A DNA stretch of 37,197 nucleotides from Octopus bimaculoides (GCF_001194135.2 NC_068992.1:64629592-64666788), one strand, 5' to 3'. Counted from the first letter of the stretch, positions 11,996-23,874 are shown. The notes: generated from the sequence alone by a model not told the origin. Translations and numbers: made by a program.

Positions 11996-12507
11996 TAAAT
12001 TAGGCAGAAAATGGAGAAATCTTGATCAACAACAATTGACTAACATCGCTTATTATTTTTTAATACAAAGCTTTATCCCATCTAACAGCCGTTTCTGATT
12101 CCAATGTCCTGCAGTGTTGCTAAAGAAAATTCTGAGAATATTCGTCATATTTTGTAACACATCCGATCTGGAACATGGAGTTTCATCAGAGTGAAGAAAA
12201 ATACATAAAATAAAAGAAAAGAAAAGAAGAGCCTCGAGGGGAAGAATGGAGGTTTAATATATTTGAATCATACCATTTTGCAGTGTAATGCTTCAGGCCG
12301 TTGAGTAGATGACTAAACTAGAAATAATAATATTTCTAGTTCAGCTATTTATTATTTTTCTTCACTCTGATGAAGCTCCTTGGCAACACTGCAGGACATT
12401 GGAAACAGAAACGGCTGTTAGATGGGATAAAGTCTTGTATTAAAAAATAATAATCGATGGTAGTCAATTGTTGTTGATCAAGATTTCTCCAATTTCTGAT
12501 TAATTTA
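11996..12507. repeat. long inverted repeat (foldback)
   Basis: 11996-12212 is the reverse complement of 12345-12507 (about 90% identity by eye, with an ~60-bp segment missing from the right arm); spacer about 130 bp. Confidence 0.85.
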
Positions 12508-13009
12508 TATATATATATATATATATATATNNNNNNNNNNNNNNNNNNNNNNNNNNNNNNNNNNNNNNNNNNNNNNNNNNNNNNNNNNNNNNNNNNNNNN
12601 NNNNNNNNNNNNNNNNNNNNNNNNNNNNNNNNNNNNNNNNNNNNNNNNNNNNNNNNNNNNNNNNNNNNNNNNNNNNNNNNNNNNNNNNNNNNNNNNNNNN
12701 NNNNNNNNNNNNNNNNNNNNNNNNNNNNNNNNNNNNNNNNNNNNNNNNNNNNNNNNNNNNNNNNNNNNNNNNNNNNNNNNNNNNNNNNNNNNNNNNNNNN
12801 NNNNNNNNNNNNNNNNNNNNNNNNNNNNNNNNNNNNNNNNNNNNNNNNNNNNNNNNNNNNNNNNNNNNNNNNNNNNNNNNNNNNNNNNNNNNATATATAT
12901 ATATATATATATATATACGGGATGCAATGAGTAAAATGTTGCCATTTTATATACATTGCTTGTTTTTGATTTTGTTGACGACACAGTATAATGGGTTCAG
13001 TCATGCACC

Positions 13010-13430
13010 ATCTTTGAGAAAAACAGCACCATGACGCAATTCACTCTGCCAAAAATTTGGAAATGATATGCTGTAGTGCTTGGCATTCGTGCCAGAAGCT
13101 CCAATACGAACATTTCAGAGTGTTTGAATGTTAATCTGAGTACAGTGCAACCTGAGGGCATGTACCGAGAGTGATAAAACTCAAACATCCAGTCAACATC
13201 ATGGAGTTCAGAGTGATCACTAGTGATGCCGACGTTATGCCTCCATTTATCTTCCCACACGGCCTCACACTCAACACGGAGGCCTGCATCAAGTACCTGG
13301 AGGAGGTAGTGCTGCCCTGGCTGAAGAGGGTTGTTGCTGGAAGACCCTATCTGGTAACAGAATTCTGCACCATGCCACAAGCAAAACTCAGTCATGGATG
13401 TCAGACAATTTCTGCAACCATGTCTCCCCT
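13010..13430 (+). mobile_element. Tc1/mariner (maT/DD37D-like) transposase relic
   Basis: KHPVNIMEFRVITSDADVMPPFIFPHGLTLNTEACIKYLEEVVLPWLKRVVAGRPY resembles the ITm DDE segment V.VWG.I...G..P.F......N...Y...LE..V.PW; decayed. Confidence 0.7.
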
Positions 13431-13609
13431 AACTCCCATCCACAAGGCTTTGGCTATTGTAGAAAACACTTGCCCAAGGTGCCAAATAGTGGAACTGAAC
13501 CCAGAATTTTGTATTTGGATAGTAAACTTCTTACCACTTAAATTGTTTAATCATCAATTAATTACATATGCAACATTACCTCTCTGATGACAGGTAACTA
13601 TAGTTAGTA

Positions 13610-13925
13610 AATAGACGGCGACCGGCCATGAACGAGTATGGCTCAGTAATGTGTACCATGCTTTCATTAATTGCTTTAGGTGCCTGTGTAGTCACGAGAA
13701 GACACAGGCACACTCTGAACTCAGCCACCTTTTACTTAGTCGAGTGACACATCCAGAATGTGGCAAAACAAAGGAAGAGAGCTACAACAGCACTCAGCTG
13801 AATGAACTGAAACAATGTGAAATGAAGTGCCTTGCTCAAGGACACGATGCACTACTTGGTCCACGAATTGAACCCACGACATAACGATAGTGAGCCAAAC
13901 AACCAAACCGCTAGTTCGCGCAGAG
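13610..13925 (-). mobile_element. tRNA-derived SINE with CORE-like ccttgagcaaggcact motif
   Basis: - strand head ...gtcgtgggttcaattcgtggacc and gtgtccttgagcaaggcacttcatttcac. Confidence 0.6.
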
Positions 13926-14017
13926 CAAACCAAGGGGAATGAATCCAATAAAATGAGAGTTACCTCCCTTGTAAGATGGACGGCTAGCAAAAGATGTTTG
14001 ACCTTCAAATAATTATA

Positions 14018-14229
14018 TAAAGGGTGCTAAGAAGATAACGGCTTTGGATAAAGGAAAATACAGGAGGATCAGTTAATCATGATTTTATTCAATACATTCC
14101 ACTGTTTCACACGCTTACTGCTGCAGTCCTTCAAATTTTCTAAACTCTGTGAAAGAATTTAGAATTTTGGGCTTCCATCCAGGTCTTTCACAATAGCCTT
14201 AAATTCAGGTACTTTTCAGCAGCCCTTTG
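14018..14229. mobile_element. mariner-derived MITE
   Basis: Imperfect TIRs (taaagggtgctaagaag / tttcagcagccctttg) flanked by TA on both sides; the interior resembles a decayed mariner C-terminus. Confidence 0.55.
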
Positions 14230-15319
14230 TATCATTGATACACAGGTTCGAGCAGTTAGAACTGACTTGGAGGCTACATAACAGTTCATAATAGAAGATT
14301 AAAAAAAAAAAAGAAAAGAAAAACTGAAAAAGACTTCAAATCCAGCAAAAGAAATTTGATGCATTTCCAATGAGTACAATTTCAAAACCCCTCAGCCTTC
14401 ACTGCTGTACACCGTTATTTACATGGAACAACTCAGAGTTCGGAATTATGGTAGACAATGTTGATATTGTTGTCTAGCTTCACGTGTCAAACTGAGTAGA
14501 GTATTTAGACCACCACTGAAGCACTGAGTTCATCATCATCATCGTCATTTAACGCCTGTGTTTCAGGCTGAAATAGTTTGGGTTGTTTCACAGGATTCAC
14601 ACAGGTCCAAAGATTGCATCATGCTTTAATGTCTGCCTCAGCAAAGTTTCTACACCTTGATGTCCTCATAAACACCAACCACTTTACAAAGAAGTATACT
14701 AATTATTTTTTTGGAGGGATTGAGGTGGTTAATTTTTTTGCAGCTCAAACTAAAGGCTCCCAAGACTCAGGTGCTGTTGTTTAGCTCCATCTGAAACAGG
14801 GTAGTGTGTCACACCAACTCTCCATATATCAGACTGTGTGAATCTAAATGACATCTTGCTCGTACAACCCCAACTAAAAGCGTTTAAGGACATGGGGTTT
14901 CTGGTGATGGTAGCAGTAGTGTTGGTGTTACTTAACATCAGGTCATATTGATATAACAGATCTAGGAACAAAGGCATTCCAGCTTATTGTATGTCAGACA
15001 TCACAATGTCCATTGAATTCTGTATTTTAGATGAAAGGGTATGGTTTGAGGGACATTTCCCTACTATTTCTAACAAGTACATTCATTAGTCACCTCTTCT
15101 GATTTCAGAACAATAGAGCATATATAAATAGTTAACTATTGTTCATTGTCAGGGTTCTGTCTTCTTTATGTTTCAAGTTACTGAGATGTCCAACCCATGC
15201 CAGCATGGACAACAGACATTAAATGATGACGAGTCTCTGACAATCTGATAGTTTTAAAAATCAGAATCTGATTCTCTAGTTAAGGAACTTATCGTTGGAT
15301 GTCATTAAATTCATTCTCC

Positions 15320-16240
15320 AGATGGTGACATAGAGTTCTGTCATAGTGGCTGGTGTCATCCAGGATGACATCTTGGCACCCTACCTATTCATTATGCCTA
15401 GATTATGTGCTATGCACCTCTGTAGACAAGATGAAGGACAAAAGATTTACTCTTTAACCAGCAAAAGCAGATGTTTTCTGACTGTGACCATCACAGAAAC
15501 AAACTATGCTGATGAGGTGATGCTACTACCAGATGAAGTTAAGGATGCAGTCTCTCTTGCACAATCTTGTAAATGCTGCTAAAGATGTTGGTCTCTACAA
15601 CTCAGACAACACAGAATATATGATGTACAACCAGAGCAGCTAAATTAACTTCACATCTGGAAAATCCTTGCAAAATGTTGACTAATTCACATACCTTAGA
15701 TATAAAATTGCAATGTAGGATTCGTCTGCAAGTGATGTTCATGTCCAAAATGGCAAAACCTGGACAGCGTTAAATGAATTATCAACAATGTGGAAATCTA
15801 AGCTTCCATTAAATTTAAAATGAAATTTCTTTCAGGCAGCTGTGCAGTCAGTTCTGCTATAAGGATGTACAACATGGACTCTAACAAAGCAGTTTGAAAA
15901 GAAAATTGACAGAACTTATATATGAATGCTTTGAGCTGCTCTGGACATCTGGAAACAACACTCTACGAAAGAACTTCTCTAAGATAATTTACCACTTTCA
16001 GAGAAAGAACTATATTTGCTGGATATTGCTGGAGAGCAAAGGGTAAGATCAGTGGCACTCTTCTTTGGGAACTGAAGTATGGCTCTGCAGATGCTGGCAG
16101 ACCACATCAACTTACAGAAAAGCAACTGTGCAAGGATTCTAAGTGCACTCGCAAAGAACAACTGAGTGCAATAGCAGACTGAACGGACAGGAGAGAATGA
16201 GTCATGGCCATCCATGCAACAAGCTCAACCTGATGACGAT
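15320..16240 (+). mobile_element. degenerate RTE-type non-LTR retrotransposon (RT region to 3' end)
   Basis: GVIQDDILAPYLFI...TETNYADEVMLL resembles RT motifs QGD.L.P.LF and YADD; stops and frameshifts; ends near a gatgacgat tail. Confidence 0.75.
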
Positions 16241-16244
16241 CGTC

Positions 16245-16500
16245 GTCGTCGTCGTCATCATTTAAAGTTCACTTTTCCAATGCTTGCATAGATCAGAAGT
16301 TTATTTGAATCAGATTTTCTACAGCCGGATGCCCTTGCTGTCAACAACCCTCACTGGTTTCCAAGCAAGATAACATTTCCCCATGCATCTTTTCTGGAGA
16401 ATACTGGAAACAAAGACACTGTTTGCATCACTGTGACACTTATTTACAACTATCACATGATGTCAAGATAAGGAGACACAAATACGCATAAATAATATAC
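16245..16500 (+). mobile_element. RTE-tail-related short repeat (catcatcatttaa... family), diverged
   Basis: catcatttaaagttcacttttcc...tttctacagccggatgcccttgctgtc; related copies at 14533-14690, 16865-17070 and 25365-25560. Confidence 0.55.
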
Positions 16501-17172
16501 AAGTAAAAGATAAAAAAATAATAAAGTACATTTTATATTTCTTTAATAACATTAAGTTTTAAAAATTCTTTTTTTTCTTCTTTTTTTAATGTTTGCAGCA
16601 AAGAACCATAAATCAATTTAAAAGAGAAAAGAAATATACAATAAAAAAATTACAAACAAAGTAGGGTGGGTGTTAAAACTTGAAGACGGATTTCAAAGAC
16701 AAAAAAAGGTAAAATAAGCATTTCAGGGAGGGGAGTGGATGGAATCAAAACGCATCCACACAAGAATAAGGATCCATCTTCACCAAAGACATGGCAGGAA
16801 TCATTTACCATGGCTTACAAACTGCAGCAAAAAACTAGAACAGAACTACTTATACAATTATTTAGTCATCATCAGCCACATTTTATCATGTGCTTCCATG
16901 GGTTGGATGGAATTTATTGAAGCAGATTTTCTACAGCTGGATGCCCTTCCTGTTGTCAATCCTCACCTGTTTCCAATCAAGGTGATATTTCTCCATGGCC
17001 AGACGTCTTCTCGCAGAATATTGGAAATAAATAACAGCTTGTAAGACCACGACAATCATTTACAACAATCATTGCCTCTCCTTGTTTGGACAGCATTTCC
17101 AGACAAGGAAACACAAGCACACACACTCATGTATGTGCGTATGCTTGTGCCTCATATATTATATATATATGA

Positions 17173-17335
17173 CAGGCTTCTTTCAGTTTCCGTCTACCAA
17201 ATCTATTCATAAGGATTTGGTTAGCCCAAGGCTACAGTAGAAAACACTTGCCCAAGATGTCACTCAGCTGGAACTGAACCTGGAAACATGTGAATGGGAA
17301 ACAAACTTCTTAACACACAGTCACACCAGCACCTA
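17173..17335 (-). mobile_element. SINE family A, 5' half
   Basis: tcagtttccgtctaccaaatc...acacttgcccaag...gaactgaacc. Confidence 0.7.
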
Positions 17336-17488
17336 CAGTTTTATGGTATTGTTATTAGTTCCAGATGAATAACAAATCTCACTGGTTCAACTCCTTTGAA
17401 TTGAAACCCATCAAAACTAGGTCCCATGAAACACAATTCCTTTTTTAAAGTGATTTCAATTAAAACCTTTCATCAAAACTTATGTTCA

Positions 17489-17494
17489 TTTATT
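17489..17494 (-). promoter_or_regulatory. candidate polyadenylation signal for TIPIN
   Basis: AATAAA on the - strand about 205 nt after TGA. Confidence 0.35.
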
Positions 17495-17698
17495 TACGAA
17501 ACACCAACTTAATGACATTCTTCATTAGCAAAAAAGAAAAAAACAAACAGGAATTTGGTAACAAAAGGATTAAAATTGTTTTTCTGTTTCTGCAGAGGAA
17601 TTCTAATGGAGATTTAATATTCAGACAAGGCAACAAGATGGAAAGATGATGGAATTCAGTTTGTACAGATTCATCTGAGTTAGCCTGCTTTCTTACAG

Positions 17699-18249
17699 TC
17701 AGCATTTGTCCCTCAGACACACATCATTCTCTTTCACAGTTGACTGATCCATGTCTGTTACACTCTGGAGTACATCATTCTCTTTCACAGGTGACTGATC
17801 CATATCTGTCACACCCTGGAGTACATTGTTCTCTTTCACAGTTGACTGATCCACGTCTGTCACACCCTGACACACATCATTCTCTTCCACAGTTGACTGA
17901 TCCATGCCTGTCACACCATCACACACATCATTCTCTTTTACAGTTGACTGATCCATGTCTGTCACACCCTCACACACATCATTCTCTTTCACAGTTGACT
18001 GATCCATGTCTGTCACACTCCGACACACACCATTCTCTTCCACAGTTGACTGATCCACGTCTGTCACACCCTCACACAATCCAGGTGTTTGTTCTGTTTT
18101 GCCATTAAAACCAGAAACTGTCTTTTGGAAACTGTCACCATCTTCTTGGGAGAGTGTTTTCCTTGTGGAGACTTCTTGGAGATGGTCTGGATTGTTTGAG
18201 TTTACCAAAGAATGGTCAGATGGTATAGGTGTTCCAGTGAAAGAAGAAT
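17699..18249 (-). CDS. TIPIN: TIPIN terminal coding exon with 17-aa tandem repeat
   Basis: tttttctag acceptor; phase 1 opens (N)SSFTGTPIPSDHSLVNSNNPDHLQEV..., the same frame as ORF 17699..18208, ending VCLRDKC-TGA. Confidence 0.8.
17720..18076 (-). repeat. coding minisatellite, 7 x 51 bp (17 aa, consensus CEGVTDMDQSTVKENDV)
   Basis: Seven consecutive units read from the ORF translation; cagttgactgatccatgtctgtcacac recurs every 51 bp on the + strand. Confidence 0.95.
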
Positions 18250-18568
18250 CTAGAAAAACAGAAAATAATTGTTTAAACTGTATACACAGTTCTTATATAT
18301 ATATGTGTATGTGTGAGTATAAATATATATATATATGAAAGAGAGAAAGAGAGAGAAAACAGAAACAGATACATCCATACCTACACACAAGCAGACATTT
18401 ATACCATATAATCTCTAGAGACACATTAAAAAAACAGGGTCACAAATAAAAATGTACGTGTGTGTGTTGTGTGTGTACACTAAAATATATACACACACTC
18501 ACACAAACAACGCAGGTACATATAACACACATAGAGACAACACCATTGAGAATTTATAAAGTAATTAC

Positions 18569-18731
18569 TTTGGTTGTTGGAAGTCTTCTGGTTGCCAGAT
18601 CTAATCTCCTCATTTTGGGGAGCATTCTGTCTTTGGGGAGTGTTCTGGTTAGCAGCTAATCTAGCAGCCCTTCTTTCCAGAGCAAGTTGTCTATTCCTGG
18701 CAATCTTTTCTTTCATTTCTACAGAAAGAAC
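18569..18731 (-). CDS. TIPIN: TIPIN coding exon 7 (RPA32-binding-type helix)
   Basis: atttcag acceptor, VLSVEMKEKIARNRQLALERRAARLAANQNTPQRQNAPQNEEIRSGNQKTSNNQ, A|gtaatt donor. Matches the TIPIN motif RIERNKQLALERRQAKL. Confidence 0.93.
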
Positions 18732-18957
18732 CTGAAATAATTTGTTAAAAGAAACACTTGTTAAAAACCCTGTTTTCCCGCAATTCACCGTTTTCCATTG
18801 CTCTTGGTAACTGCTCCTTACTGAGGTTTGTATTGCCTGAGAGTTGATTGGTGAAACAAAATAAACAAACAAATATTCTAAATTACTAATACATTAAAAA
18901 TTAAATTAAAATAATAATTAACCCTAATTAGCAGTCATTAATAAAGTATTCTTTCTG

Positions 18958-19165
18958 TAATTCTTTTACTTGGTTCAGTTTGTCAGGCCATGCTGGGGCA
19001 CCACTTTGAAGGATTTAGTAAAAAAAAAAATCAACTGCAGTACGTGTATTTTTTTTAAAGTTTGTGAGTTACTCTATCAGTCATTTTGCTAAACTGCAAG
19101 TGTTACAGGGAAGTAAACAAACCAACACCGGTTGTCAAGCAGTATGGTGTAAAACACAGAGACAT
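18958..19165 (-). mobile_element. SINE family A, 3' half
   Basis: ttttacttggttcagt...ccatgctggggcacc...caacaccggttgtcaagc. Confidence 0.65.
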
Positions 19166-19779
19166 GACATACTTATGCCTATGTCATTCAGCGATGGCTG
19201 TCTGTCATAAGCTGATGTTGACTATTCTGTCCAGACAGTTTTCTGGACATCATGCTTTAGCATGAAGAGTAAGGCAGTTGGCGTCATCCTCCACCAGACT
19301 GCCTCTCAGGGCCTCCATGTAAAGTACCAAGTGAAGTACAAGAGTACAACAAGCATGGTTAACAATGAAGCTGCCCCATAGTAACAGCTCACTTGCTAGT
19401 TGATGCCCAACTGTTGTCTGATGGTTCAGATCTTCTGCTTGGCCACAGCAGCCTTCAAGCCGTTGATCTTCGTGCAATTTCATTTTTTGAAGAAAATGTT
19501 GGGGAATTATAAGCAGTTGGCCTAGGACTCCTCCACCTTGTTGGTTATTCATCATCCTGCTGCTGTCGCTACTCTATTCCTGGCACAGGATGCTATGAGG
19601 TTACCATCACTTGCCCAAGATGCCATCCCAGTCTACAGGCAGAAGGTGCAACTTACTCTCTTTTTTATAGCCTAACAATGAAGTGGATGCTGTACCATAA
19701 ATGCCTGTGTCATTAACAATAGGCACACTCACAAACACAAGTCAATGAAATGCAGTGCCTCTGAAGGATCTATGGAGCA

Positions 19780-19985
19780 ATGTTACTTGGCAGGTTGTGT
19801 AGCTTAATGATCAGGAAATCTCTCCAGATCAAGCCAGTGCTTCTCTGCATTGAGAGATCACAGCTCCTGTACAAGAGACATGTGAATAGAATGCCATAGG
19901 AAAAGAATCACATGACAGAGTCTTCAAACCGAGCTGACTGGCAGGAGACCCTGAATGAGATAGTTGGATGATATCTGTAGTCTCA
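19780..19985 (+). mobile_element. decayed RTE LINE C-terminal fragment
   Basis: QLLYKRHVNRMP*ERIT*QSLQTELTGRRP resembles RLRWYGHV.RM...GRRPRGRP; a related copy lies at about 28140-28390. Confidence 0.5.
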
Positions 19986-20175
19986 GTTAGTCATGCTTGG
20001 GAAATGCTCCAGCCTGGTCATGCACTTGGGGCAACCCCTGGCCATACCATCTCCACTCAAGCCATCCAATCCATACCAGCATAGAAAATGGATGTAAATG
20101 ATGAAACATGTATAAGAGTAAAAAAAAAAAAAAAAAGTGTAGTAAATATGTAATGTTTAAAACAAAGAATCTTAC

Positions 20176-20352
20176 AGTAACTTGCGATGGTGGATGGTTG
20201 GTGGTTGATGGAGTAGAAAAGCCTGAAGGAGGAGACGTAAGATACGATGTACTGGACACACCATTATTATTATTGTTGTTGTTGTTGTTGTTTGGTGATC
20301 GCATCATTTCATTCCATGCAGCTTCAGCAGCAGTTACTTCATCCATTTGCAT
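20176..20352 (-). CDS. TIPIN: TIPIN coding exon 6 (low complexity, poly-Asn)
   Basis: tttttacag acceptor, 59 open codons MQMDEVTAAEAAWNEMMRSPN10GVSSTSYLTSPPSGFSTPSTTNHPPSQVT, gtaaga donor; phase 0/0 fits both neighbours. Confidence 0.8.
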
Positions 20353-21178
20353 CTGTAAAAATAAACAAAAGATAGAGATGCATAAGAGATAGTTTTACCT
20401 GTTAAAAATAGTTCAGAAGGAACAGTGAGCACAACCCATAGTGTTTCCTGGGCCCTTCTATATTCAAGAATAGGGGAGACAGCTGTGTTAAAACAGGCTT
20501 CTCACAAATATGAAGGAAGGGCATAGTCAGTTATATCAAGCCTAGTATTTAAGGGGTATTGTATTTAGCTTTAGACTTGCCATTACACACAGCATATCGT
20601 GGACATTTTTTAAACCTCAATAAACCCGTTCTGCTCAAGAAAATTTTCTCCAGACAAACAGACAGACAGACAGAAAGAGAGAAAGAATAGAACTGAGCCT
20701 AGAACAGGGCTGGGCCTTCATGAACAGCTACAAAAGAATGAAAGATAAAGCTGAACTCAGAGAACAGAGTCAGAAGAACTGTCACAAGGCAATCCATTCA
20801 ATGCTCACCCAATTTGCCCCTTTTTTGTTGACCTCTGGAAGGATAAAGGGTAAAGACAACCTCAACTGGATTTGAACTCAGAACACAAAGACCCAAAAAC
20901 AAAAACTGCACAGTATTTTGATCAACACTCAAATGAGACAGTAACACACACACATATACAAGATAGGCTTCTTTCAGTTTCCCTCCACCAATTCCACTCA
21001 GAAAGTTTTAGCTAGTCTAGGGCTATGGTAGAAGCCCAAGGTTCCGTACAATAGGACTGAACTGCCAACTACGTGATTCAAAAGTGATCTTCTTAAACAC
21101 ACAGTCATACCTGTGCCTAAAGATGTATATATAAACATGTGCATGCATGTATACGTATGTATGGATATATATATATAC

Positions 21179-21290
21179 ATCATCATCGTTTAACGTCCGC
21201 TTTCCATGCTAGCATGGGTTGGACGATTTGACTGCGGACTGGTGAAACCGGATGGCAACACCAGGCTCCAATCTAATTTGGCAGAGTTTC
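21179..21290 (+). mobile_element. RTE-tail-related short element, truncated, embedded in (TA)n
   Basis: catcatcatcgtttaacgtccgctttccatgctagcatgggttggacg, nearly identical to 24472-24590. Confidence 0.7.
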
Positions 21291-21534
21291 TATATATATA
21301 TATATATAGAATAGCATGTAAATATCTGGTTGCAAATCTACCAAGGCAGCTTTTGACTTTTTCTGTCCAAAAGGGTATTCAACCCAATAGTTACTTGCTA
21401 TTATTTATAACTTTATGTGCTTCAAGATCCACTATTCCAAAACTGAATTCACTTTCACCCAAAAGTTTATGAATTCTTATAATTTCAACTGTGTGTATAT
21501 ATTATATATATATATAGTCAATCTAAACAAGAAC

Positions 21535-22085
21535 AAGCAAGAAAAACCAACGCAAGGATGTGGAATAAGTACTGTGTTATCGGACACTCAAAAAAGGAAA
21601 GAAAACGTGCTGGTGACATGCAAAAAGCACCCACTACACTCTTGGAGTGGTTGGCATTAGGAAGGACATCCAGCTGTAGAAACATTGCCAGATCAGATTG
21701 GAGCCTGGTGTAGCCACTGGCTCTCCAGACCTCAGCATCATCATCATGAGTTGGACGATTTGACTGAGGTCTGGAAAGCCAGCGGCTGCACCAGGCTCCA
21801 TTCTGGTTGGGCAATGTTTCTACAGCTGGATGCCCTTCCTAATGCCAACCACCCCAAGAGTCTAGGGGTTGCTTTTTATGTGCCACTGGCACAGGAGCCA
21901 GTCAGGCGGGCCTGGCATCGATCATGTTTGGATGGTGCTTTTTACATGCCACCAGCATGGGAGCCAGTCAGGCAGACCTGGCATCGACCACATTCAGATG
22001 GTGCTTTTTGTGTGCCACCGGCATGGAGCCTGTCAGGGGGCACTGGCATCGACCACATATGGATAATGCATTTTACATGCCCCAG
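21535..22085. mobile_element. nested, oppositely oriented copies of the same RTE-tail-related family with ~63-bp internal repeats
   Basis: 21600-21735 is inverted relative to 21735-21870; repeated ttttatgtgccaccggcacaggagccagtcagg...ggcatcgaccac...gatggtgc units at 21873-22080. Confidence 0.6.
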
Positions 22086-22733
22086 GAGGAAAATAGGGAT
22101 TGAATAAACCCAGATGAATACCTCTTTAAGCACTTAGTGGGAATAGAAACCAGCTAACTAAATTGTCTGGTTGGTACAATAGCAATCCACATATGTTGTT
22201 TTATTCCTTGTGACAGGAGAATTTGTAAATCCAACATAGAATACCAATTATTTTTGGTGTATTAATCACAGAGTATATTAAAAAAAATGAACAATGAAGA
22301 TGTATTATATCTACAGGGTGGCCCAAAAGTAGGTTTACAGTTATTCAACTATCCCTTTCGCATTCATATATTAACAGTTTAGATCTTAATTATAAAAAAA
22401 AAATGAAATCATCATTCTATGCTAATTTAGTTAACTGTAAGATAGAATTTTAAATGTAATGTAGTTTACATGTTTGTGTGTGTGTCTATAGGTAGGTTTA
22501 TAATATATACACACATTCACCACTTAAAAGTGAATGCTGCATTAGAACACACAAATATTGTAATATTTGCCAAGAAAGAAAAATTCTTTGGTTATTTGGT
22601 GCATAAAAGCACATCGAGGCTATTGCCAGTGGCAGACAATCACCACTACTTCAGCTGCCAGGACTATCAGATCACATGATTCTGGCCTCTTTTATACAGA
22701 CACTGGCTGTGATGTCCCCACACAAACTCTTAC

Positions 22734-22841
22734 CGCATTTGTAGTATTGTTTGGGTTACCGTCATCGTCATCATCGACTTGGTTTGAGACAAAGTCATCA
22801 TCCAGCACCGGCATGTCAAGTCGGATGCGTTTAATACATGA
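22734..22841 (-). CDS. TIPIN: TIPIN coding exon 5
   Basis: cttgcag acceptor, SCIKRIRLDMPVLDDDFVSNQVDDDDDGNPNNTTNA, gtaaga donor (cf. vertebrate TCLKRIRLDLPILHEDFVS). Confidence 0.95.
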
Positions 22842-22929
22842 CTGCAAGACAAGAAAAGTAGGGAGAGAATGAGAAAAATACATAAGGTATAGGTGCACAT
22901 TTACACGTGTTATATGACATATATATATA

Positions 22930-22971
<42 letters not shown>

Positions 22972-23356
22972 CATATCATCATTTAACATGTTTTCCATAC
23001 TGGAATGGGTGTGTGCATGTATATATACATATACATACCTTATTTGTGGATTAACAAGACAACCAATGGTTTTGTGTGAAAACATATTCACAATTCTTTA
23101 AGCGTACAACAAGGAGATGCTGATGCTCTCTAGATTTTGAATGAAAATACCACAAATAAAGAATATTTATCTGTCAAAGTGATGCTGAGCAGTCATTCTC
23201 ACCGTTCAATATTAGCATGTGTGTAGATATATATAATATGGCAGATGTTTTCTCTTTAACCATAGCCACACTTATACTGTATTATGACCAGCATAACAGA
23301 AATAAAAATTGAACCCAAAATTAGAACAAGACAGAGTTAGAATCAAGAACACTAAC

Positions 23357-23479
23357 TTGAACACTTTTTTTAGTCCCAAGTTTTTCAATACGCTGAAGAC
23401 AATCAGAAAACATCATCGGTGGAAAAAGTCTGTGAGCCCAGTGTTCCAAAATCTTCAGAGTTTTGTCAAGATCTTTTGC
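23357..23479 (-). CDS. TIPIN: TIPIN coding exon 4
   Basis: Poly-pyrimidine/cccag acceptor, AKDLDKTLKILEHWAHRLFPPMMFSDCLQRIEKLGTKKSVQ, gttagt donor. EHWAHRLFP is the Swi3/TIPIN signature. Confidence 0.97.
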
Positions 23480-23534
23480 CTGGGGGAAAAAAAAAAAAAA
23501 AAAAAAAAAAAAGAAATATTAAAAATATTCTTTC

Positions 23535-23724
23535 CTACTCTAGGCATAAAGCCTGAAATTTTGGGGGATCGACCCCAGTACGCAACTAGTACATAATTTA
23601 CCGACCCTGAAAGGATGAAAGGCAAAGTCGACCGTGGGAAATTTGAACTCAGAAAGTAAAGACAGATGAAATACCGCTAAACATTTTGCCCGGCATGCTA
23701 ACGCATCTGCTAGCTTGCCGCCTT
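23535..23724 (-). mobile_element. SINE family B
   Basis: Reverse complement of 24226-24435. Confidence 0.75.
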
Positions 23725-23874
23725 GAAAAGTTTTAAATATAACCCTTTACTTAGCTAGTCTAACTCATGGTTCTGATTTCAAATCATATCATGGACATCT
23801 TAGCCTTTTATGTCTTTCAGGGGAAAATATAATGAATACAAGTAATTCAAGTGAATGATAAAAATTTACATAAA

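Noticed and set aside
17720-18076. ATM/ATR SQ/TQ cluster or CRISPR-like array
   Set aside because: The motif is QS, not SQ. The units are contiguous with no unique spacers, and the context is eukaryotic with no cas genes.
17740-18108. + strand ORF with HHSLSQLTDP repeats
   Set aside because: Antisense shadow of the TIPIN coding repeat; no independent support.
18569-18731. SMARCAL1-like N-terminal RPA-binding motif as a separate gene
   Set aside because: The same motif class occurs in TIPIN, and the exon splices in frame with the Swi3-domain exons.
22312-22342. TACAGGGTGGCCCAAAAGTAGG Tc1/mariner-like terminus
   Set aside because: No matching opposite end found; too little to call an element.
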